DNA of 64,000 bases from Harriotta raleighana (Eukaryota). Below the pieces are notes generated by a model. The model ran no database searches. It saw only the letters and a program-made list of their open reading frames with translations, and was not told where the DNA came from. Positions 42,235 to 53,569 of this stretch are shown here, in pieces. Position numbers and translations under genes: made by a program. Location of the stretch: assembly GCA_050575255.1 (NCBI GenBank), contig JBNZDD010013730.1, positions 9,791,849 to 9,855,848 on the forward strand. Reading direction: 5' to 3'. Positions within the stretch are counted from its first letter, which is position 1. Each line of letters starts with the position of its first letter.

Positions 42235-42801
42235 AACAAATCTAATACTCCCAGTGAAGGAAATCTGGCTGAACTTGGTATAAAGGATGCAAGCCATTTG
42301 GACTGGCACTTAGGACAAGATGACACTGTGGTCCATAGAAAGCCTCTTCCCCCGTCACCAAGAAAACCACCTTGTTTTGTGCAAAGTTCAGTCACACTTG
42401 AAACGAAAGCTGGTAAAAATTCCTGTGTTTTTGCTGAAGATTTTACAAAAACCCTTGTAGACTCACCATTGTCCTCAATTTCAACGGCAACAGTTGCTTG
42501 TGGTACAGAATTCAAGAAGGAAGGGAAAATATCATCTAAAGTAAAGGAACAAAAACAAACACTAACCAGTGCAGACAGTACCTCTGAGCAACAATGTCCA
42601 GAAGGGAAAGTAAGATACTCATCAGTTCTAATTCCTTGGGAGAAAGAAGATTCTCAGATTGAATTGAAAGATGACTCAAATGCATTAGATCTAAATGATA
42701 TACTGAAAGAAATTGACTGTTTGTGTTCTGGTTTTGAAACGGGTCAACCCATCTCCAGTGATAGTTCTTCCACTGCCAACAGTGAAAGCAAAGTGCAGTG
42801 A
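42235..42801 (+). CDS. DENND1B: DENND1B terminal coding exon: NKSNTPSEGNL...WHLGQDD...LPPSPRK...IPWEKE...SESKVQ*
   Basis: ttttag acceptor, 567 nt to TGA, in frame with ORF 42298..42801. Confidence 0.95.
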   Translation, partial: NKSNTPSEGNLAELGIKDASHLDWHLGQDDTVVHRKPLPPSPRKPPCFVQSSVTLETKAGKNSCVFAEDFTKTLVDSPLSSISTATVACGTEFKKEGKISSKVKEQKQTLTSADSTSEQQCPEGKVRYSSVLIPWEKEDSQIELKDDSNALDLNDILKEIDCLCSGFETGQPISSDSSSTANSESKVQ

Positions 42802-43094
42802 AATTGCATCGCTAGAGTTGTTTTTTTAAAAATGTAAGTGAAATAAAAAAGATTGACTGTTGTACCTAGGGATGGAGTTACTAAAATGTTTAAGTTTAAA
42901 AATAACAAGGTTGAACCGCGCTGCTTTGCTGATAATAGACCAAATGCAAATTGTCTTTACAGTTTAAACTGCTCGTGCCACAGGCCGAAAAAGTGATTGC
43001 TAATTCAGATAGCCATTTGGATTGAATGTTTGACCAGAAAATTTATTTGCATAGAAGTGCAGTAGTATCATCTATGCAATGTAGCAAAACCATT

Positions 43095-43480
43095 GTTGGG
43101 GCATGAGGTTAGTACACTGGCCTGAGATGTTGGTTTCAATCCAGCCCAAATGGATTAGATCAAAGTCTCCTTCATCTGTTGATCCTATGTGAAATGCTCT
43201 TATGTCGACTCAGCACAGTTTCTTGTCGTTGTTTGTGAGCTCCAAAAGTAAAAACTGCCAACTATTGGGCTCAAAAAGGCAATCTCACCCTTAGAGGGAA
43301 TTGAAAACTCTCACAACAGGACTGGAAGTGTTCTTTTTGGTTTGTGGTTGAAGGGTGTTGTTGGGACAAAGTGGAAAGAGCTTTGCTGTCTTATCCAACA
43401 AACCCAATTTGGATCTGTTTGATGCTGACACTGATGGTCTTAAATGATCGTATTCAATTCCCAGGATGAGCATCACTCAT
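43095..43480 (+). mobile_element. Degraded LF-SINE-like element downstream of the DENND1B stop
   Basis: ggtttcaatccagccca, cctatgtgaaatg and ctcagcacagtttcttgt occur in the order I recall for LF-SINE. Confidence 0.5.
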
Positions 43481-46400
43481 CTTGATGGTCGTAGGATTGC
43501 AATGAAAGTTGTGCTCAAATGCCAAAAGAATACATGTTTTGAGAAAACATTTTTATAATATGTATATTGCAGTACCATGGTAGGGTTGGTAACTATTAAA
43601 TTAGGCGAACAAAGTAAATCAGTACAGTTCACACTGTTTCTTGCTGTTAGAATATAATGCATGCTCTTTACATGCTTGCAGAGTAAAAAATGAATGAAAA
43701 TTAGTTTGTGGATTATACACGTTAGAATCACTTTAAATGAGCGTTATAATAACTATCATGCATTTCTTTTTCAAAATCCCTCTTCTTCCTCTTTTCTCCT
43801 CAGTGCAAAAAATATCTGGAAACTGAATCCTCTCAATCATTTGAATGCAGATGTACATGATTTACAAATATTTATAAATGGATTGAAAACTAAAGCCAAA
43901 TGATCAAGGGCATTCAGTTACCGTGAGGTTGCTGCCTTAAAAAAACATAAAAATCAGAGTCCTCCAAAATCAACATAAGTTCTTCCTAAATAAGATAATT
44001 AGTGCTATTTAATAAGATATTCAGTGTTCAGACATTATTGCAAACCCCAAAATGTTTGAAATCATGTCATTAAGCAATAAGTATCTGAAACGGAGATGTA
44101 AAGGGGAAAGGACATTTCTTCTGGAGCTAATGCATTTTATTGAATCAACCATCTGTTGGAACCAGTGATGATTTATTAAATCCATGTCTTCCAAAATAAA
44201 TTGAACTATTTTTTTCCTCTAAAGCCATTAAGGATGGTTCATTTGAACCTTTTTTTGTGCAACACTTTCATCGTTGGAACAGTTTTGAAACTTTGACCGA
44301 CTTTATCATTGTCCTCAAATAGGAGTTCTGGGCTTCAGTCAATGTCCTATCTCGTCTTGGTTGATGTAAATGTTTCGTATTGAACAACTGTTCAACATGC
44401 TGTAACTGTTATGTGTGAACTATTATGTTTAGAATATAGTTAATATGCCTTTTGCATCATGTAAATAGCAACTAACACTGGGTTGGATATAAGGGATTAA
44501 AAACCACGTGCTTTTGGTACTCCTGGTTGAAAATGGTACCTTAATGTATGTAAAGGAAAGGTTAAATTAATTTTAGGACCGATAACATCTTCATAAACTA
44601 GATAAATCCAGTAACTAGTCCTACACTAATGTTTAATATATTTTATATTCAGATAACATTGTGGTAACATAATGAAGATTTTTTTTTAACTAAAGTCTTG
44701 CACTCTCTTTGTGGTACTGAGGCATGCAATATATTTTTGATCCTCTTCATCTACCCTGATTATTTTCTGCTGTCAATTTAATTGGTTATTAATGAACTCC
44801 ATTTTTTATATATAATATATAAAACATGTGTAAAGTAAATATTTCTAATTGGTTTTGAATTTTATCATACCTGTTATTGCTGTGTTGTGAAGGCTGGAAC
44901 ATGTGCCTTAAAGGAAACAAAATTATGTTGGTACTGATTTTTATTTTGGAAACTGGAACAAGACACAGCATGTGTAACGTATGTAAATAGGGTGACATGC
45001 ACTGTATCAAGATACAATGCTGCCGTCATTGTTAGACTGTACTGTATATCCAAGCATAAAATAGCACAGGAATTTTATTTGATATGCTAATTAATCACTT
45101 TCCAAAAATTCAGATTGACCTTTGTAGGTTCTTTTAATAATGAATGATTAAATCAGGCTAACTGATTACCTATTGTTTAAGTACCAGATTTTTTGTTTCA
45201 GAGATTTTAGAAACAAAATTGAAATGCAGCCTTGGATGGTACCCAGAGTGGATATTATCATTTTTCAAATGATCTGTGCAATATGAATTTCAATTTACAA
45301 TTTAATTGTTTCCAGGTATTGCTGTTAAGCTTTTGAATTTTGTTTTTCTGGAAAAATAACACCTTAAACCTCAATTGTATGTAGTTTTGAACAAGTTCCT
45401 GAAATGCAACTTGCGTCATTTTAACCAGCGGTCAAAGTAATGAAGTGAAGAGGTCATTCTTTGTGCGATTGTGAATAACGATTAATGTAGAATAGTAGTA
45501 ATCTATGAATATTAGTGTGTTCCACTATTGCCATAATGCATATTTTATTTAATCCATCATAAACTCACCATATTCTTGCAGCTGCTTTCAAATGTAGTTG
45601 ATGTTACTTTGTAGGTCCCTGTATGCACTGTGTTGGTATGCTCTGTCTTAAACTAAGAGTGTTCCATTTAAGGGTTTTTAGAAATGTGTTGCCTATTCTT
45701 GTTGCATTACTATTTCTATGGTTGTCTATTATTTTGAATGAATTCTTTCACTTGTGGGTAAAATTTCTGCTCAGTGTTTTCATGCATTCTATTTTAATGA
45801 TTATGAAACTAAAAGGAACTCCCATTGAAAGCTGACATCAACCCAAAGGCTATGGACACGATGGTGAATGGACTTGTCACTCACTCACAATCATTTGCAG
45901 AATTATTTTTTTTTACAAATGTTTACCTGATTGTTTAAACATGTTTTTCATTGAATAATAGAATCCATGCATATCATTCTCATCTTAATTTGTTTTCTTT
46001 ATGCTGTTCTGAACTGTACTAATTTTTAACCAACATGTATCTACCAGTTTTGTACTGTACTGTAGAGTACTAAATGCCTCTTAATGTTATATCCCAATGA
46101 AATCACATTTTTACAACAAAAAATGCTTCAGGAATCTATAAAATGTTTTTAAATGTTATTTGGCCTTTGAAACTGAACATTAAATTGTCATTAATGAACT
46201 AAATCTCTATAAAGTCCTGTGCCAGTTTTTATTTCCAGTATTTTCTGTTGAAACTTTGTAGGAGACCATTCATCTTTATGAAAATTAACACAATACAATT
46301 TTATGTGATGCCTTATTCTGGTTATTTCATTCAAATATTACAGCAACATCTGGATTGCAGAGGCCTGACTTTAATTGATCATGGAAATTCTCTGCGATGG

Positions 46401-49400
46401 CTGTGTTTTCACACATCGCTAACCAGATTTTGGCAATTCTGACTGTTCTGTTCAAATGTTAACTCGAGCTCTTGGTATAGTTGCACGAATAATCTCCGAA
46501 ATTCAGAATATCTGAATTTGACATGAAATAAGTGAGCATTTTGGCACAGCAAATATAGGCTGTTACACAAATTTGGATTGTTGATCTTTTTTGTTTATTG
46601 TTATTGAAGAGTTGTCCAAGCTGCTGTGTAATACTAAGGGAAACTGTACAACATTGACTGAAGAAAGTATTCTTCAGACTTTGCAGAGCTGTGCTTTGCC
46701 TTTGCCAAACAATAAAATTTCAATTTTATGTTGCTCCTGTGCCTTCTGTTGTTTTTTATATTTCGACATTGGTCAGATTCTGAATCGTATTTCAAATTGC
46801 AAATTGGAGTGGAAACTGTCATTGTTTTATTTCATGGGATGGGCAAACTGTTTTCACTAGATTATGAATCTACCCTGACTGACTGATTTACCAGTTAATC
46901 CCAGAATCACAAGGTACTCAAAATTGCTGAAGAAGGAATGCTTTAACCATTGGCATAGAAAGCAGGTGAGAACTGGTCACGTCAGCTAAATGAAGAGTTG
47001 AGTGAGTGATGCAACCAAAGGAGCACCACTGGTTTATCCATTAAACGGAGCTAGAAGCTTTCTTTAATTTGGTTTGCAGCACAAGAGAAGGCAACCACTG
47101 GCTGGTAAGAAATCCTTCAATTAAAACATCTGCTTAGTACAATGAAAATAGTAGTCATTCATGCGGAACAAAAATAATAACTTTTCATTTCTTTGAAATT
47201 TTAAACTACTTTATTTCTTGTATTTTAGTCAATTACAACACAAAGCAAGTAAAATGTGAGTCTCAATTAGATCAAACAATTCCTTTCTGTATTGGTACAG
47301 ATTAGCACAATAATATACTCCAAACAAATACTATTCCTTGCACAGTACATGAACAATATGGAACATTTTATTTTTCTCCACAGTATATTTACATCTAATG
47401 AACTGATCTAAACAGAACTATATGCACTAAATATATACTGTGTATATTATTTATATATTACTAACAATTCTAATTATGACAAGGTAAAAACAAAAATTCT
47501 CGAATGTGACAGTCAGAAATGCTATTCAGCAAAATCATGTAAAAACATTCTTGGGGTAATTGGCACTTTGCACGGAAGTGAAAATATTATTGGTATGCTG
47601 GTTAAAATTAATTGCAAAGCTTTTAAGTCACTTAATAGGATCATCGTATCATTTGAGTACCCATCTTAATGACAATTAAAGTATCACAAAATTGGGTTCA
47701 GAAAATTGCTTGATATTTTAAATAACCTTTCAAACACCCAAGGATTTCCATACCAAAATGCACAAAAACATTCCATTATCTTTCCTAAATCTGAGAATAC
47801 TGTAAAGAAAGATTATTACCAATCCTTTATCTCTCAATGCAGGTTCCTACAGTTCTGTAGAATAGCATTATTATTTCTGTGATTCACAGAAATTATTTCA
47901 GGAAGAATTCAGAATAAACAAGATGATAAGGAGCATGAGAAAAATGAACTAAGGGAGAGAGTTTGGATTTATATAAGCTTTTTAAAAAATTTATTGTTAA
48001 TACCAGATTTTTTTAGATTTGAATTGTATTCTCAACTTTTAAGGTTCTGCTGGTATTCACTGGTGATTCTGTGTAGCCTCTTACATTTTTCATAAACTAT
48101 AAGGAAATATAAGGTATTTCAAGTTAGGCCAACCTTGTACATCAATCCAAAATTTTAAAGGTGAAGTCTTTCATATTCCTTGCTTTCTGCTCATAATGGC
48201 AGTCATATTTTAATGTTTAGATCATTTGGGTTGCAACTATTGTATTAAAGAATCATTTTGCCACTTAAGAGTTCAAACAAAGATTTTTAACTTAAATCAA
48301 AGGAGGCACAAAAACAAATGATGTGTTCACTCTCTGTCAATTCACGCATCTCTTTCCTCAATGACCGATTCTGCACAACTCTATTGTTATTTCACAAATT
48401 TACTCATTCAACACTCTTAATTTATCCAGTTTTATTCCTCCTCTTATTTTATCACAGGAGATTTTCAGAATGCAGATCCTTCAATGCATTTGATCTTATC
48501 CTTAACAATTACAAATCCACCCATCTTCCCATTACGATCAAGCATTTCATAAGTAATGTTTCCATAACAATCTTTTTTCACCATCGCTGTTGCTTGTCTG
48601 AATTTAGGTTCATGTTCCTCCCACAGCTGTTCCCAAAGCTTTCATCCTCTCTCACTTGCATCTTTAGCAATATTCTGCTTTAGTTTGCAAAAAGTATTTC
48701 TTATCCCTTGATCCAGTGTTTCTTTTATTGAATGTATCATCCTATTTTTCAATCTTTGAAATGATCTTTTGATGTAGAAGAATGGTATATGCTAATCAAT
48801 ACACCTTAAACGAATAGTGAAATGTTAATTTAAGGGTTCATGACTAAATGATTCATCTTTAATTTAGGAAATTTTATAATTTCACCTATTTCCTTTCTCA
48901 AATTTGTGGGTTAGGAAATATAAAATTTGAGAAAAGGTAAATGGTAGCATTGGGCATGGCAAGACGGTAGTGTTTATAGAGAACCAAAATAACAAGCTTC
49001 TTCGGGAATATAACAGATTGATGTAGGTACTAATTTGTGGACAAAAATCATTGAACAGAACATTAGTGCATGTGAGTCAAAGAAGATCCAGGAGGCTAGA
49101 TTTAGAACCTGCAAACAAGAAGAGATGGTTCGAAATACTACCTAAGGCCAGGAGGAGGTTAAGATGAACAGCTGTCTTACAGGCACAAAATAGTTATTTG
49201 TAGGTATGCAGCGACTTGAGGCTTGAAACCCCTGTGGGCAAGGAGATCAGACAGGTTGCAGGGATTACAAGATTTTGACAAGAAGAGGCCAAGCATCTGT
49301 AAAGCAGAGTTGAGTAAGACTTCTGTGTCAGATTCTGCTGAATGTTGTTGCAAACTGAAATTATTAATACTTTATTTTCTGGAAAAGAAAATGGGTAAAG

Positions 49401-52303
49401 TAGAATGGATTTTATAGTAAAGCTCCAAACTTTCCAACTCAAAAAATTAAAAACAAATCACTTTCTCTGCTGGCTTTAATCAATCCCAGTTCAGAAACTA
49501 TAAGCAAATTGCCATTGCACGTTCAATGCAGTATATATATCCTGCGATAAAATAAAACTATTCATCTTACTGGGACTTTGTGGCTGGAGATAGATGAACT
49601 CCTGAAATAATGTGTTAGATGGTACCTGATCATTTTGATTTTACTTCACATTACCCTTTTTATTTGGGGTGAAACACATATTTTAGACAGACCTTTAAAT
49701 CTAATAGAAATGATCATAGCTACAAAAAGCACTCCATTCAAACTTGTGTATTTATCCGTAGTTATGTAAATGACTGACCTCACTAAATGTTACTGTAATT
49801 AAATTTGGTTTGAAAATGGTTCTAAACAAGAAAAATGCTGTTTTCTCCAAATAGAAAACCTGTTCATGAATTATGGGCAAATTATTTCATCTGTTTCTAA
49901 ACTGTTTTTTCTCCCAGATAACTCTTATGTCTAAAAATAGAATTTTGCTGGTGATTGAGAGGTTTGAGATCCTGCAGTGAAGTATGTTCGAGTATTTATC
50001 AAGTTCAGTCAATTTATAATGTGGATTTTCACTTCAATTATGTAAATGACATGGCTGGCAGTAAAATACTGTGACCAACTATACCTTGGCTGCTCCAAAA
50101 AATGTCACTAATTTAACTAACTAGTTGTGTCAAAGTACAGTCAGTATAACATTGCAAAAGACACACAATTTTGTATAAATGTAAAGGTCTGTCACAGTGA
50201 TGAACAAAATCTGCACAGAAAGGCTTGTTTTACAGCAATGCAAGCTCTGAAACTTGGGATCGAGTTCACATGTCGAATTTCATTTTCAGCACAGATTCTC
50301 GAACCAGCAGTTACAATGAAATGTTATTTTGACAAATATTGCATTGAACAGTTCAATTGGAATGAATATGAATATTGAATTAACAATGGGCAGAAGTAAA
50401 TGACTAACAGTGAAGGGATATTTATTATAACAACCTCAGCAAAACACATCCCATCTTTTTAAACTGTTCTTAGATCAAATGTGTTCAAAAAATCTTTCAT
50501 ACATTTCTACAGCTCACTGAATGATGTTAGTGAAGGGCTGACATGAAGCTCCTCACTCACATCAAAATACATGGCTGTCCAGTCGAGTGCCCTGCAAAAC
50601 AGAAGTGGATCCAGACTAATTCTTAGCGTTTCAGCTCCAAAAAAAACGAAGTTATTAGGACCTGAAACATGTTCCGTAATGATTTATTCAATCTATTTTT
50701 AAATTTAGGATGACTGCTTCAGGAAGTTTAAAATCAACGCATCAGCTTCAACGACAGGAATAGTTTGTTCTCTTCAAATCCAATCTGCTTTTTAATACTT
50801 TAATACATAAGAAGGCTAACTAAAATGGTAGCTTAAAAACATAACTGTAACTTAAAGTCATTACATGGCTACTAAACATAGTAAAACAAGAAGATCTCAC
50901 AATCTTCTTGAGTGGCTCAGGCGAACCGGCACTGATTTTAAACCTGGGTCATTAGCAAGGAAATCTTTTCACCTTCATCAGAAAAGAGGTTTCTATTGAA
51001 ATAGGCTGTTTAGTTGAGCAAAGCTCCAATTGATTACTTTGAATCACTGTAATAACAAGTTAATATCCTGGCAAAGGCAGAACTGGCAATTGCCACATGT
51101 GAGGAGCTGTGTGACACAATTGGGACATGGTCCCGACGTGAAAGGCGCTATACAAATATAATTTTGTTGTTGTTGTATTCATGATGACCTTACCTAAGAA
51201 AACTAACCTTAACACTGTCTTCATTTTTTCCCAATTGAAATGCGTTGCTTTCTTTCTCGATATATTTGAAGTGTTTGTTCGAACTGGTTATGAGTTAGAA
51301 AAGTTTGCTAGTTCAGAGTTAGTCGGATTAGTTTAGCTCTCAACTAATAATTTTTTTCTAACATTGTGTCATAGAAGAAAGAGTAGGTGTTAAAAGCACC
51401 ATAACACTGTTGAATCTACTGTCTAATACATTTGTTTTTTTCAATATTTCAAAACATTTATAGCTGCAAAAGCAATATAGGATTTTTTTTTAAAAAGAAA
51501 GTACTCACCAAATATTCTGAACCTGAAATATGAACATTTAGTTCCTTCAATTCTACTGCAGTATGAGCACTGCAAGTGCATTGGGATCAGAAAATTAACT
51601 CACGCTGTGCTTCAGTCAGCTCTTAACCCCTGCCACCCCATGCCCCAGTCAACCAATAGGCCAAGTATGTGCATGGGTAAAATTGCATCACAAGCCAATG
51701 ACACCAGATTGAAACACTAATGCTCATGCTTAATTATTCTGAGTGAAAAAGCAATCTCTACAATAAGGAGAATTTTAGATTTCTTTATCCTCTTAAGAGT
51801 TCACTTGGGTTAGTTTGGAGACTGCTTGGGCAGACAGATAAGGTGAAAATGACACTCTCGTGGAAGCAGATAATAAAGAGAAAATAAGAAATAAACAGCA
51901 ACAAGATATTCCCTTCTCACAGTCTAAGCTAAGGGGAATCTACATTGTGGAGACAAGAGGCCTGAAGGTGATTAGGATAATATTGTTTTTGATCAGTTAA
52001 ACCTAGAATCAATGAGATTAATGGTACAATAGGATTCAGCGAATCTCGGCAACGGTAGAATTGGTTCCTCCACCGAAGCTAAAACTGCTGATCCATATTG
52101 TTGTGCCCATTCATATTGATTTTGGAGAGGAATATATAAAATTGTTGGGAGAATTTAAGTTACATGGGATTTTAAGAGCACTCTAAGGCATGCCCAATCA
52201 ATTATTTAATCAAATACTTTAAACCTCTGTAATGTAAGTATTTGTAGCATGTTCAATTTGATGCTTGGTGTTCACTAAGCTTCCCATTTTGTTATAAACT
52301 TGT

Positions 52304-52519
52304 TCAAATCAGTCTCTCCATTGGAGGAGGCTGCACCATGTTCCACATCTCCACACGTGACCCCTCCTTCTCCTGTCGGCTGGGGCTGTAGGTCCCCTGT
52401 GTTGCCCTCTTATTCAAGGCCACAATGAAGGCTGCGAGTACTAGAAGCAGAATCAGCAACAGAGCCACGGTCACCAACCCAATGTACAGAAGAACTTCTG
52501 AGGTCCAAATATCCAGGTC
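52304..52519 (-). CDS. CRB1: Canonical CRB1 terminal exon: [71 protein letters not shown]
   Basis: Translated by hand (absent from the ORF track); ctgttttgactctgtacaacag acceptor, phase 0; [11 protein letters not shown] and [25 protein letters not shown] match human CRB1 as recalled. Confidence 0.96.
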   Translation of the reverse strand, partial: DLDIWTSEVLLYIGLVTVALLLILLLVLAAFIVALNKRATQGTYSPSRQEKEGSRVEMWNMVQPPPMERLI

Positions 52520-52748
52520 CTGTTGTACAGAGTCAAAACAGTTAAAGAAAAGTTTAACCCACAGAGGGTTAGCTTTGAAGCTGCCATGCTACGAAAAACA
52601 CATTCAATTCTGAAGCCTCACAACAATTGCAATTCCTCGTACGTTGTTTGATAATACAATACAGGGAATACCTGGGACTTTCCAGATTTAAAAAAATATT
52701 CTTCCCAACATAAACACAACTCTCACACAGCACAGGTGCCTGAATGTA

Positions 52749-52970
52749 TCAGATCAGCCGCTCCTCTGGTGGCAATTTGAGAGTACTGTTCATTTCCATC
52801 CGCGGTCCAGTGTGTTCCTGATTGCTCGGGCTGTATGTTCCTTCAGTCTGACGCTTGTCACGCAGTTTTAAAATCAGAACAAACAGAATGATAGCCAGGA
52901 CTATCACTCCTGCAATGACGCACGGGACCACAATAGCTGCTATGTTTACTTTATAAGGCGCTGGATTTGT
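52749..52970 (-). CDS. Extra CRB1-locus terminal exon, CRB2/CRB3-type TM + tail: [73 protein letters not shown]
   Basis: ttattttcacag acceptor, phase 0, intact 73-aa frame with TM helix, GTY FERM-binding motif and ERLI PDZ-binding motif. Confidence 0.9.
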   Translation of the reverse strand, partial: TNPAPYKVNIAAIVVPCVIAGVIVLAIILFVLILKLRDKRQTEGTYSPSNQEHTGPRMEMNSTLKLPPEERLI

Positions 52971-53555
52971 CTGTGAAAATAATTTTAGACTTTTATTAGA
53001 AATTCTCACAAAACAGGACTAGGATCAATCTAGGCAGTCCCATTCTCACTTTTTTTCGTTAAGAATTGGAATGGTATCTAGCTCTACATCGTCCCCATTA
53101 TGAGCAAACTGCACTCACACTATTTTTTGAACCTTTATTAAAACATAAGTAGAACTTTTCTAAATTTATGTCCTTGTTTTTTTCACCTTTGTGATGTAAC
53201 TTGGCTCTCAAGTCGTCAATGTTGATTCCTGATTTGAAGTCAAGTGATCCCAGGCAGAATGGAAGTAGGATCACAATTACCCACATAATCCCCTGGTTAG
53301 GAAGTATTACAACTTCTGATTGCTACTTGTTGAGATGCCCATTACACAGGGCATCGCAGATAAATCCAGGTTTGGCCTTACATCCTACCAATTCGACTAC
53401 CTTATTTGTGCACAAGTTACTTGGCCTTGTAGATTTATCTTCGCTTGCAAAAAAAAGGTAAGTTCTAGAATAAAGCTATATTTTAAGCATGAATTATTCA
53501 TTATTATTTCATATATTTTTAATTCAAAACTTTTTTGAAATCATGGCCTTCCTAC

Positions 53556-53569
53556 ATGGGAAACATTTA
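53556..53569 (-). CDS. Candidate 14-nt exon (V)NVSH
   Basis: tctttctaccttttgtgctttcgttcag TAAATGTTTCCCAT gtagga; phase 1 to 0; donor only moderate. Confidence 0.25.

Larger units (their letters stand above)
2303..42801 (+). other. DENND1B: DENND1B (connecdenn 2, Rab35 GEF) gene, 3' part: 13 coding exons, 5' exons outside window
   Basis: Thirteen GT-AG exons (1704 nt) join in frame to 567 aa + TGA. Peptides LKNKLKKQSTATGDGVARAFL, EEITSGG, MDLLGEILDTLST and AAKSLDFFKSMDDI match DENND1B rather than DENND1A as I recall them; the neighbour is CRB1. Confidence 0.95.

Noticed and set aside
47873-47893. 10-bp perfect inverted repeat atttctgtga-t-tcacagaaat
   Set aside because: Short and AT-rich; plausible by chance in 64 kb, with no supporting context
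52749-52970. Idea that the extra tail exon is a processed CRB3/CRB2 pseudogene
   Set aside because: Homology begins at a proper phase-0 acceptor, the frame is intact, and no poly(A) tract or fused upstream exons are visible
53098-53286. ORF starting MWVIVILLPFCLGS, signal-peptide-like, just upstream of the CRB3-like exon
   Set aside because: Its only reasonable donor (AAG|gtgaaa) is phase 1 while the 52970 acceptor needs phase 0, and I see no exon between them
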